DNA of 64,000 bases from Vicugna vicugna (lineage: Eukaryota). Position 1 is the stretch's first letter. Each line of letters begins with the position of its first letter. Position numbers and translations under genes: made by a program. A model generated the notes under the pieces. That model had not been told where the DNA came from, made no database searches, and saw nothing but the letters and a program-made list of their open reading frames with translations. The stretch is taken from positions 434,001-498,000 of the forward strand of contig MU058287.1 of the NCBI GenBank assembly GCA_013265495.1. The letters are read 5' to 3'. Positions 1 to 10,910 of this stretch are shown piece after piece.

Positions 1-819
1 GAGAACAGACATACATGAGGTGCCTTCAGTGAAACAGTTTATTCTTGTAAATTAGGACATGATTAAGATGGATATACTATTGAGACTCATTTTTAAGAAG
101 CTTTTAAAACAGCTCACACTGGTTTCAAAGATATTTGTAATAAACTTCAAAGCAGTATTGATATTTAAAGTCTCATTCAAAATGTTTCAGCTTGACAGGA
201 CCTAATGCCTGGCGGCGCTAAAACCACACGGGTATTCGGTTCAGTAGCACCACTAGAAGCTCACACAGTGGTCTTCCTGGCTAACTGGGCTCAGCGGGGT
301 CTCTTCCATAAGCATGAAAACATCTGACAACATGGGTCCTAGAAAGTTTATAAATGTAGGCTACATCATCTGTCCTCACAGTGTGATTAAGAGTTGTTTT
401 GTTTTTGTTTTTAAATAAGCTCACTATGTAATACTTTGTGCCCTGCAGCTTGGAGAAGTTCCTAGACATCAGGAAATCAACATGTTCACAAGGAAATATG
501 CTTCATAAATATCCATCTCAGCCTGAAAAACATCTATAGCAGAAAATCATTAAGCCACCAGAATGAGGCCAAAGGGAAAAATGAGGCCAAAGGGAAAAGA
601 CAATTTCTTATTTGGGGTTTTGGTTCTCCCTCTTAATCCCCTCCCCACTTCTGGAGAAAACAATGAGGCAAAATTTTTTATACCAAGGTAATATGGTTAT
701 ACAAAGGAAATGGTGTAATCGACATGCTGTTTGAACAATAACAATTTGCTGATGCTTCCTTGATCTTGTAGATACAGGAATGGTAATGGGTGGAATCTAT
801 CCTATTAATGTAAGATCAC

Positions 820-1285
820 TATGATGGTTAATTTTATGTGTCAACTTCACTGGGCCACTGGGTGCCCAGATATTTGGTTAAACAATCTTCAGGGTGTGTT
901 CCTGAAGGTGTTTCTAGATGAAATTAACATTGGAATAGGTAGACTGCACAAGCAGATTGCTCTTCCCAATGTGAGTGGACCTCATCCAATCCACTGAAGG
1001 GCTGAATAGAATAAAAGGCTGATTAAGCGAGAATTTTTTCTCTCTGCACATCTTTGAGGTGAGACATCAATCTTCTCCTGCCTTTGGACTCAGACTTGAA
1101 CAAGAACCTAAATCATTCAGTCTCCTGGTTCTCAGGCCTTCGGACTCAGACTAGAACTAAACCTTTGGCTCTCTTGGGTCTGAAATTCTCAGCCTCCATT
1201 ATGTAGAGGCCAATTTCTTATAATAAATCTCTTTCTACATATTATACTTCCTATTAGTTCCGTCTCTCTGGAGAACCCTAATACA
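820..1285 (+). mobile_element. MLT2-type (ERVL) solo LTR
   Basis: Characteristic start tatgatggttaattttatgtgtcaactt and end ctggagaaccctaataca; near-perfect 5-bp TSD atcac/accac. Confidence 0.85.
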
Positions 1286-1894
1286 ACCACTGTGTTTCCT
1301 TTAGATATTCTTCCACCATCTCTGATATTTCTGAGCACCATTACAGTTCTAAAATCCTGTTCCTTCCAGGTGACCCATGTTATTTTCATTGGTAGCAAGC
1401 TGTAGCAAATTGGAGGCATTGGGCCATGTAAGAGTTAACCAAAAGCACAACCATGTGTATAGGTCATGATGCAAGAATACAGCGGAATAACTCCCATGGT
1501 GCCTTCTCAGAATACATTACAGAGGTGGAATGAGAGGAAAGAGTGCAATTCCAAATGGAAACTGACCTACAACCCACATCCCACTTCAAATAGCTTTAAT
1601 CAAATCTTGGATTCTTTGAAAATTGTTAAATATGCATATAACAAAATGTGACCCGTTTTCATTTTTTCTCTGTTTTGTGGAGGGTATGATCTTTCTGCAT
1701 ACTTGACGCTTCTTAATTGGGTGGAACATGTGTGTGGTCTCTTAAATTATAAGCAAAATGTCAGTAGCCACTTATGGTTGCTCCTAAGAGAAAATTCTGA
1801 TTTCATGTGGATGACCTTGCTTTAGTTTCTTCTTCCAAAAGAACTACTTTTACAATTCATAACCACTGTCAATGTTTGCAAACGCTGTACTTAC

Positions 1895-2082
1895 CTTCGT
1901 GATGTTTGGAAGTTAAGACAACATATTTGGCACCAGAAGCCTGTAAAATATCAGCCCACTGGTTCGCATCAAAAAATTTTGCTGTAAATAGTGGTCCAAA
2001 ATCTTCATATATGAAATCAGGAGGGTAATTATTTTTCATAAATTCCACGTACTTTGGTATCTTTTTCTCTCGCAAATACCAC
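1895..2082 (-). CDS. FUCA2: Alpha-L-fucosidase 2, coding exon 2 (188 nt); gene continues beyond window start
   Basis: Acceptor ttccttcctcttag|G, donor GAAG|gtaagt. Joins exon 1 in frame (TG+G=Trp) to give [64 protein letters not shown], with the GH29 GAKYxVLTxKHHEG motif. The sequence fits FUCA2 better than FUCA1 as recalled, and FUCA2 is the paralogue adjacent to PHACTR2. Confidence 0.96.
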
Positions 2083-2141
2083 CTAAGAGGAAGGAAACAG
2101 CACATAAATAGCATATTTAAAGTATAATAGCATTTAAAGTA

Positions 2142-3203
2142 TAGTCATCCCTTGGTATCCATGGGAGAAATGGTTCTGATACCAAGGAGGACCCTGTAGG
2201 GTCTTCTCTGGAACAAATCTTTCCATGTTCCCCACTTCTTGTTCGAAGTTTATAGGCTTCATTCAGCCTCCTTGACCTTCCCTGAGTTCCAAAGGGCAGA
2301 TTCAAACAGTTGCTAATCAGAGAAGAAAGGAAATGCAGAAACAAGGGAGGAACAATCAAGAAACACTAGTGCAGCCCTGGAGCAGGGTCCTGGTTACCAA
2401 GGCTGTGGCCCCAGGACCATACCCCCGCCCTCCCTTGAAAATAAACCAGTTACTCTTATCTAAGTCTCTGGAGGCAGCTGCAAAGAGAAGATACAAGAAC
2501 TGGTTAGAACCAGTGAAGCCCAAGATGGTGGAGGATTTGACTTCCAGTGGACCTTGAGCCTCATTATACCATCATTGTAATTCATTTGCATGCTAAGTGA
2601 CACGCCAGTGCCATGACAGTTGACAACTGCCATGACAATAACCAGAAAAGCCCACGTACAAAGACAGCAAAGAAAGATGATTGGTTCCAGCTGGCCGAAG
2701 CCTCCCATAAAAGTCCACATGGCCCAAGCCACAGCTGGAGCTGTCTTCACTGGCCATCTTGGCTGATGGCTCCCTGCTTGAGTGCCTTTTCCTCACTGGA
2801 GCATCTTTCTTTCCTTTTCCTCTTCTGAGCAATAAAGCAGCTGTTCACTTTGTCCCTCTGCCTCTGCTGTATGAATTCTTTCACAGCCAGCGGCAAGGAC
2901 CCACACTTTGGTGGGCTTCCCAATTTAGAGGCCCCTCTTTCCACTAACAGTTCTAGGAGCCCCAGGAGATACCAAAATCTGTGGATGCTCAATTCCCTTA
3001 TATTAAATGGCATTCCACAGTAAACCCTCCATATTCACAGTCCTGGCATATGTGGATTCAACCAACCATGGATAGAAAATTTCCATCCGAAGTTGGTTGA
3101 ATCCAGGGATGTGAAACCCTCAAATACAGACAGCCAATTGTATATTCATTGAAAAAATATCCACATAAAAGTGGGCCAAACTTATGTTGTTCAGGGTCAA
3201 CTG
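2142..3203. mobile_element. Tigger3/MER2-like TcMar DNA element, split by an LTR (pieces 2142-2176 and 2954-3203)
   Basis: Ends tagtcatcccttggtatcc and gttcagggtcaactg, flanked by TA; internal ggttggttgaatcc motif typical of the MER2/MER8 group. Confidence 0.75.
2177..2949 (+). mobile_element. ERV1-type solo LTR (773 bp), probably young
   Basis: TG...CA ends, perfect 4-bp TSD GTTC (2173-2176, 2950-2953), TATA-like cataaaa at ~2706, AATAAA at ~2831. Confidence 0.9.
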
Positions 3204-5198
3204 TAACTTCCTCAGCTTCCTTTACTAAATCCCCACACTCAGATATTACCAAGATTCTCTTCCTCACTTTCCCAATTAGTCTGACTTCACCTTAAAGAAA
3301 ATTTATATAAACTTTTGTAGTTTTCCACTTTTCCCTCTGTAAACGCCACTCAACTCATTAACCAGAACATTCTAGACAACCCAACCACCCATTTGCTCTT
3401 AATTCTTCATTTTTAAATTGCAGCATGTAGTATCTTTACATAATTAGTCCTTTGTAACGTAAGGCTTCAAAAGGAAGATGAAGTGCATAAAACATAACAC
3501 AAATTTATTATATTTACCAGCAGAGAACAAGTGGGGGAGGAGATGACAGTAAAATTAAGAAGATGCTGTTATTGACTATATTGATTCAGCCTTCAAAAAA
3601 TTCTTGTTATGTGCATTTATTCTGAACAATGGGGCCTAAACTGCCTAAGCAAAGCTTCAGGAGGAAAACTACACCGAAAACACAATTTTTAGATAAACAT
3701 TATAGATACATGTAGCAGTAATCCTGTCCTCGTGAAATAGATGCAAGCACCATCTCTGACTCACCTTCTACTTTTCCTTACACCACTCCTTTCATAAGAG
3801 TGTCTATGGGATGAGCAAATTCATAACGGGCACTGCTTCCTCAAAGATGATTAGGAGGTTCTTCCTGCTGAGAAGACTTCACTGAAGGACATTAATATGT
3901 CTGCCCAAAAGTCAGACACATACTTTCCCAGCTTCCATCACAGCTACCACATGGACACCCAACCCATGCTGGCCAATGGAACTTGAGGGGAAGCCAACTT
4001 GGGAGATTTTGGGAATGGTTTCTTCTCTAATAGAGAGAGATACAACATGTTTTTGGACAAGGTTGTGTAAAGTGATGCTTGGCCACCAACACATGACCAT
4101 GACGAGACGAGTCTACAGGCTGAGAATGACAGAAGAGCCCACGTCTTTGATTTCATCCATGAGCCACCTACCTCTAAATCCGTCATTATGTATAGTAACA
4201 AGCCCCTATTATTATATCTTTTATTTGGGTTTTCTGTGCTTCAAAGTGAAAGTTTCCTAGTTGATCTATGATGCATTTTTATCTTTTAAATTGAACTATA
4301 AAGGAGAAACTGGGACAGTCAAAGTGATAAGGGAGTTCTATTTTTTCTTAATAGAGTCTAATTTGAACCTGCATTCTCTATTATGGTCTAGAGTCACTTC
4401 TCAAATTTCATACTAATAGAGATGAGAAGAGGCACTTACAGTAAACAGTCCATCATTTATATTTGGGTTTGAATTGCCATTAAGGACAGTCAGATATACT
4501 CATCTCTACTATTGATTCTCCCGAGTCAAATTGGGATGGGGAGCAGAGGTTTAGACAGGACACAAAGGGACACCATAAATAAAGAATCTTCCATTGGGTT
4601 AATGCAATTCCAGACCATCAGAAATACACTCTCTTTTGCATGAAAATTATCTTTATTGATCTAGGTCAAAACAACTTTGTGTTCATTTGTAGAAATTGAA
4701 AAGTTAACCACTGCAAAGAATAATATGACTCAAAACTAGCTGTTTTGGGCAGAGCACTAATTTCAGTTAACAAACATCAAATTATCTTCCAGAACCAAAT
4801 GGGTATTTACCTACCCTTCACAGCTGAACAAAATGATAATTTAAAATATATTCTATTCTATCTTAATATAAGACAAAGAAAATCTGCAAATTTATTTACC
4901 TAGCTAATCTGAAACATTTCAAAAATAAACTTAAAATGCCTTACAGCACAAAACTCGCAAAGAAAGATTTATAACATCCTGAAGCAAATATGTTTGGTAA
5001 TACACGTTATGGGAGGAAAGAGTCCCTTGTATACGTTCTTCAAACTTGTACAAAATTTCAACAAAGTATATACAGTTCTTTTACATCAACTGGCTTAACT
5101 GAGTAAGAAAAGTTATTTTACAGAAAGTCACTCTTTGTAGAAAGCAGTACAATATATACAGCGTGATGTTAATACAATACATGGTTTATACCCATATT

Positions 5199-5681
5199 TG
5201 CCAACTAAAAATTGTCACTTGCCATCTGGTTCTACAAGGAAGAAGTCACCAGCCACTGCAGTAGTCACTGACCTTCAACACACCCAGAAGGGACAGGGTG
5301 GAGATCAGAAATGAGGCATTCTGTGTGCTCTGGGAAAAACTGGTAGAACAGCACTTCAGATTGTTGGATATTTTCAGGAGGAGATTTTATGAGCCTGGTT
5401 TCTTGCATCTTCTCATACCTAGAGGTCATTACCAGAGAAATCTGCTCCTTGTGACTAGCAGCAACCTTCATGTAAGTAGCAGCAACCCTCTGCCAAAGTG
5501 TGTGCTTGACTACAAGTGCCCCCCTTCACCAAAGTCACACGCACACGGACCTCCCCACCACCTCTGTGGAGCAGCTCCTCAGAACGATCTGAGCGGCTGT
5601 CTCCTAGGCAACAGTCCTCGTTTTGCCCCAAATAAAGCCTAACTCACAGTTCTCACACTGTGCATTTTTTTTCAATTGACA
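5199..5681 (+). mobile_element. ERV1-type solo LTR
   Basis: Imperfect inverted termini tgccaact...aattgaca, AATAAA at ~5631; 3' part similar to the LTR at 41679-42238. Confidence 0.7.
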
Positions 5682-6129
5682 GTACTGTTTATTTTCTTAT
5701 TTTACTTAGGAATGTATTATACATAGTACTATGTGTGTGTATGTGTACATAAAGGTATATAAAATAACATTTCTGTCTCAAAGAACTTCAAATACTTCAA
5801 GTGTTAAATCAGGAAAGGGATGTGAGACAGTTCAAAGTTGTAAGGTGTTACCTGCACATTTGTACATAGATCTCAAGGGAAAATCTAAAGAACAATTTTT
5901 GTGTGTAGCACTTTTCACGTAGTAGTCTATTAATAATTAGGTTGTTTTGTTTTGTTTTGTTTTTAGTGTTAACATTCTAGAACTTAAAAAAAATTGTTCC
6001 TTGAACCACAGATGGTAACATTTTAACGTTAAAGAGCCTATGGATGCCCAAATGCACAGAAGTTTCTCATATCCATGAATATATGTTTAATCATCTTTCA
6101 TGGCAAAACAACTGAAAACTGACAGCTGC

Positions 6130-6900
6130 AAAAGGGCGAAGAGACATCGCCTCCGAATCTCTAAGGACGGCAGCTGAGGCCCACGCTTCACGTATGACCC
6201 CACACAAGTCCTTACTTTCTGCTGCTTTAGTCACTCGGTGGCTACAGAGCGATAGCCCCGACTTGGTAAGTGCAACTACCAAGCAGCCGAGAAGCCAGAG
6301 CCGCAGTAAGCGTCCGACAACTCTAGAGTCACTCGCAGGAAGAAGTCAGGGTCCATCCAGCTCGAACCACTTACACAATAAACGATGCAGTTAACACCCG
6401 GAACTACAAACGCGGTTGAAACAGCGGGACGCGAAACGGCCGAGGGGGCGCAAGCAACCGCCGAGGCGGCGAGGTGGGGGCGGGGAACCGACGCCGGGCC
6501 AGAGGAGACGCAGGGAGGCGCGCTCACCAGAACCACTCGCTCCCGAAGCTGGGCACGGAATACACGCCCCAGTGTATGAAGATGCCGAACTTGGCCTTGT
6601 CGAACCAGGCGGGCAGCGGGCGGGCGTCCAGGGACTTCCAGGTGGGGTCGAAGCGCGCGGCGCCGCGGGCAGGGCCTGGCGGCAGCAGCACCAGCAGCAG
6701 CAGCAGCGGGAGTGCGGGCCCGGCCAGCACCGGAGACCCCATGTGCCCGCGCCCGCCGCCCTCCGGGCCGCTCCCGCGTCCTTCCGCGTCCCGGGCTGTT
6801 TATTGCTCCCCTCCCACAGCCACCTGACGCAGCTGTCGGCGTAGAAAGGCACCCGCCCCGCCTGGGATGGGAGTGGCCACCTTCTGGCTCTGGAGCGGAA
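6130..6900 (-). promoter_or_regulatory. CpG island / FUCA2 promoter
   Basis: High GC and CpG density spanning exon 1. GC box CCGCCCC at ~6853, E-box CAGCTG at ~6830 and CRE half-site TGACG at ~6826 lie upstream of the ATG. Confidence 0.85.
6528..6742 (-). CDS. FUCA2: Alpha-L-fucosidase 2 (GH29), coding exon 1: signal peptide plus start of catalytic domain
   Basis: ATG at 6742; [71 protein letters not shown](W) has a Leu-rich signal peptide and the GH29 motifs [16 protein letters not shown] and SEW. Donor TTCTG|gtgagc, phase 2 (215 nt). Lies in a CpG island. Confidence 0.97.
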
Positions 6901-7214
6901 TGGTCCCAGGAGTCTCCTATCTCTCACTTGCAAGACCAAGGCCAGTACAACCCCAAAGCCAGCCCTGAGGCTGCGAAGCTAAGCCTCCCAGCCTGTCCGC
7001 TTTGGGGGAGAAAATGAGTCTAGCTCAGGGACCCATGGGAGCGCCTCTCCCCTCACGCAGTGGACCCTTCCAGAAACCACCTGAGAAGGCACGGGACAGA
7101 CCAGCCTGGGTGGACTCCCAGGTGGGTCATCCAGCCCCTCCCAGGCTGGTGGCACAGAAAAACCCAGATCATTCTCAGCCTCTGCATTTTACATCCCCTC
7201 TCCAGTCCCCAAGG

Positions 7215-7376
7215 TCCTGGGTGTGTTTAGAACTGTGGCTGTCAACCTTGAGTCTGTATCGGGTGAAATTCCAAGCGTTTACAGTTCAGGTTGGGGCCCC
7301 AGAATTTGCATTTCTAACCAAGTTCTAGGTGATGCTGACCTTTGCTGATCTGGGCACCAGGCTTGGAGAACCGCTG
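7215..7376. mobile_element. MER5-like hAT-Charlie fragment
   Basis: ggggccccagaatttgcatttctaac...ggtgatgctga...ttggagaaccgctg resembles the MER5 consensus. Confidence 0.65.
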
Positions 7377-7883
7377 CATTAGAAAACAAGGTCTAAGACA
7401 GGTGAAACCAGTGAAATGAATGTTTTAAGAAATCTGTAGGCTTGAGATAGAAGCTGGAAATTTGGATTGATTAATCAAGGCATGTCACCAGAAGCTCGTG
7501 TCTCCCCCTTTTAAGTGCTTTCAGAGTAAAGCCAGAATCCCCACCTCTTCTGCCCCTGGAGAAAACCACCTCCCGTCTTTCCATGGGCCAGTTCAGATGT
7601 CATCGCCTCTGTGACGCTTTCTGTCACCACCTTCCCTCCCAGATGTCTTACTCCTTCCTGTGTTCCCATTAACATCTCATTCCAACCACTAATATAGAAG
7701 TCCATGGATTGTCTTGTGGTTGGGATGCAGATCTCAGGCTGTTAGGCTGTGAGCATCCTGAGGACAGCAATAGTGACCTTTCTTTCTGTAGTCCCTGAAT
7801 CTATAGCAGAGCCAGGCATGGAGCAGCACTCAAAGCAAGTTTGTTGAAATCCTTCAGTGAACTGGGGTTCTAATTATTGAGTG

Positions 7884-8253
7884 TGTTCAAAATACAAAAC
7901 TCAGTGGACTAGATTTGAAGATTGAATTGGCTTCATTCAATGACTCATGAAAGGGCAGCATCCTATCTAGCAAGTAGAAAGGCGATACAAGGAATCGTGC
8001 AAAATAGGAGGTTTTTATAGGCAAAAAAGGACAAGGAAACTCAAGAGACTGGTTTATTTCAGGTAAGGTCACCTTCCCTTAGGGGAATGCAGGGGGTCTT
8101 GGGCAGATTGCCTTACTAGTGCCAAACAGGAAATTCCAGACTGGTTGGTTTATTCCACTTCTGGGAGAGGCTGAAACTGCAGTTAGGTTAGAAATTAAGT
8201 CTTGATGAGTTTTAGCACAAATGACTCAATTTGGGGCTTGTTTCCCTTTAACA
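7884..8253 (-). mobile_element. ERV1-type solo LTR (370 bp)
   Basis: TG...CA ends, near TSD agtg/agta; minus strand starts tgttaaagggaaacaagccccaaattgagtca; TATAAAA at ~8012-8019 on the minus strand. Confidence 0.75.
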
Positions 8254-9005
8254 AGTATTGTAAAAGAATCAAGAAGGAAATGAAACTAAGTAGCTATTGC
8301 CCTAACTCCCTATCTCTGCAAGGACATGGGAGCAGCAGCAGTGACTGTCACCCCAGGGACAAGGGCATTCACCACCTTGATGCAGTGTTGATGGCTTCCC
8401 AGGACCACTGCTCTGCCATAAGGGTCTGCAGTCTTTCCAGCGTGGGTCTCCTGGAAGACGGAGATCAGGGAATCCACTGAACATCATTATCAACTGCAAT
8501 AGCCCCAGTTCATGAAAAAGTGGGGTGACAATTTTTATTATCTAGTCTTTGATCCTAGAATAATCTAGGACCTCAGTGGCTCCTGAAACTCCAGGCCACA
8601 TATGAACCAAAAAATGGCCTTTTAGTCACTGCATCTTGACATCCCTTGAAACAGACAATTATGTAATAGGTGTAAGACATTTTTCACAGTGACAATGAGA
8701 TTGTGAGTTGTGAGCTCTCAGAGAGACAGTAGACATAGCCAAGGTGACAGTGTAGTAGTGGGCCCTGTCTTATCAAGCATTATTTGCCCATATGAACCTC
8801 GTTTCCAAAGTTTCCATCTTCTAAACAAATTTCTTTCATAATGAAGTTATTTATATTTCCATGTATTTTCATTAAAGAGTACTAATCAGACCTTCTGATC
8901 AGCATAAATGCCACTGAGTCATTTATCATTTCGCTTGGAGGCAGAGAAAATGTTTTCAGTTAATATGAACAACCTTATCATAAAAGTACACTTTCTGTAG
9001 AAAAT

Positions 9006-9127
9006 ACTGAAAATAGATGACAGGCCTTCCTTGGTGCCCTGAGGATACATAAGAGTCCTAGAATGCCGCACTGAAAATAGATGAAACATCTTCCTTAGTG
9101 CCCCGAGGACACATAGAATCCTAGAAA
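9006..9127. repeat. Two-copy ~64-bp degenerate tandem duplication
   Basis: actgaaaatagatga...cttcctt(g/a)gtgccc...gagga(t/c)acata...tcctagaa starts at 9006 and again at 9070. Confidence 0.85.
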
Positions 9128-9534
9128 TTCAGGAGGGGAAACATTGATAGAGGATTTGGAATGAATAGAGAATAGATTTATCTGGAAATGCAGAGGGAGA
9201 AGAGATTCTACTCAAAACATGCTTGTTAAATGACTGAAGGAATGAAATCTATGAACTATTTCAAAATCTATGGCAAGACCTACATGCAGTAGATTGTACT
9301 TCACATTTTACAGGATAACACTTTACAAAACCAGACCTTCCACTTAAAGCTACTGCTAATTGAGCAACAGAGTCACACCACCCTAAGGCTTAGACGGTGT
9401 ATTTAAAGGTTTTGATAGAGGATCTAGACACCCGAAAAACAAAAGATTCTCCAAATGTGCACGGCTCATTTTGGGGGGCTTTGGGCCTAAACTGTCAACA
9501 CGGTCAAAGGAGCCCCAATCCCATCCTGTTTGAG

Positions 9535-10123
9535 TGTTGCCGAAACATCAGCCCCTGTCCCTGACAAGCCAAATTGAAACTCAGAGACATGATCTTGGAG
9601 CTCAGAAGAAAAGACATAGCTTTGTTACTTTGCCAGGCAAAGGGGACTCAGAGCAGGCTAGTGCCTTCAAAACTGTGAGCCCACCTTGGGGATGGGTCAG
9701 GGTGATTATATTGCCATAGCTCAAACAGTAATCAATCAGTAGAATCATTTTTTTCATCATAAAACTTAGAGTGGCGTCATGATGCCTCCAGGTGATCAAT
9801 TCTGTAGAAACCGGTGTTTGTCACTTTCTACATCTCTTTATCTCGTAAGCGCCCAAGGCGTGGTCTTCTTGGTACTTAGCCAATTTTGTAAGGTGACAGT
9901 TCTGTGACCTTCTCCCTGGAGAACAAATCAGAAACCAAGTATGATTATTACTTTTGATTACTGGAATAAAGGAGAAACAGTAAAATTAATAGTTTTATTT
10001 TAACAATGGACCTGGAGCTATGAGTAGCAACCGGTCAGTCAGGTCAGTTGACCGTTTAAAGGGCAAGCATAAGAATAGGCCATCTGTTAGCCTAAATGTC
10101 GCCATTTTAGTAATCCTCCTTCA
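9535..10123 (-). mobile_element. ERV1-type solo LTR (589 bp)
   Basis: TG...CA ends, perfect TSD TGAG (9531-9534, 10124-10127); minus strand starts TGAAGGAGG. Confidence 0.88.
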
Positions 10124-10212
10124 TGAGGACCTCCAGGTGAAGAAAGTAAAAGGAGAAAGTCTTTGTCCCTGTAGCAAGAGGTAGGCCTCTGTGTGGAGCC
10201 CCGGGCCAGCAG

Positions 10213-10456
10213 TCACAGGTTGGGCAGCTGCGGGTACACAGGGTGCTCGCCATGGTCACTTCTCCCGATGTCCTGGCGGGGGAAGGCAGGAGGCCAGCCA
10301 GCCCTGGCCAACTTCTGTTGCTGCCAGAGGACGTAGTCCCGCTGCTGGTGGCTGATGTCCTCAGGGATGTCGTCAGCTGCCGAGGACACAGCCTGCATCT
10401 CCATATGGGAGTTGGATGACTGCCACCAGCCAGTCTCAGCAGTTCCCAGAATTCCT
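10213..10456 (-). other. Candidate unannotated terminal coding exon or pseudogene fragment (80 codons + stop)
   Basis: Strong acceptor tcacttcttccattgtccccttcag|, GC3-rich codons and retained CpGs in sequence not recognised as a repeat. No homologue recognised. Confidence 0.35.
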
Positions 10457-10729
10457 CTGAAGGGGACAATGGAAGAAGTGAAACATTTGCCTAACGTCTG
10501 ACATCCACACACAGTCTCTCTCTGGAAATGCAGAAGAAAAGCACTCAAAAAACCCCTGAACCCATGCTGTTCTTTATATAGTAAATAAACCAGCTTCATG
10601 GTAGAGACCGCGTATGACATAGGGAAAATAAATCTTGCCTTTTTCTGGCCTGGGGGCGGGGAGGACAAGAAGGAAGAGTGAAGGGAAGAGGCCAAGGGGT
10701 TCCAGAGGAGGCAAGAGAGCACAGTCTGA

Positions 10730-10910
10730 GAGCACCAGGACTCCTGTACTGGCTCCACTCTCTACTACAGGGCTGTGTGATCCTGAGTGAGACATGCAAC
10801 CTCTCTGTGCCTCAGCTTCCACACCTCCTAGATGTGAATGATGATAGTACATCTTCCTCATAGGGTTGTTGTGAGACTTAAACCATGTGAAGCACATACT
10901 AAGCCTCATC
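10730..10910 (+). mobile_element. MIR SINE
   Basis: Core ctgtgtga...aacctctctgtgcctcag...cctcatagggttgttgtgaga. Confidence 0.8.

Noticed and set aside
6528..6742. Assignment as FUCA1
   Set aside because: Exon 2 sequence ([28 protein letters not shown]) and adjacency to a PHACTR exon fit FUCA2.
6416..6844. Plus-strand ORF with a polyQ-like tract
   Set aside because: Antisense reading of the FUCA2 signal-peptide CTG repeat inside a CpG island.
10107..10469. Alternative frame (EEFWELLRL...) of the orphan exon
   Set aside because: Ser/Thr-rich pattern typical of a shifted frame, and it runs into the LTR. The other frame has the GC3 bias. Not fully excluded.
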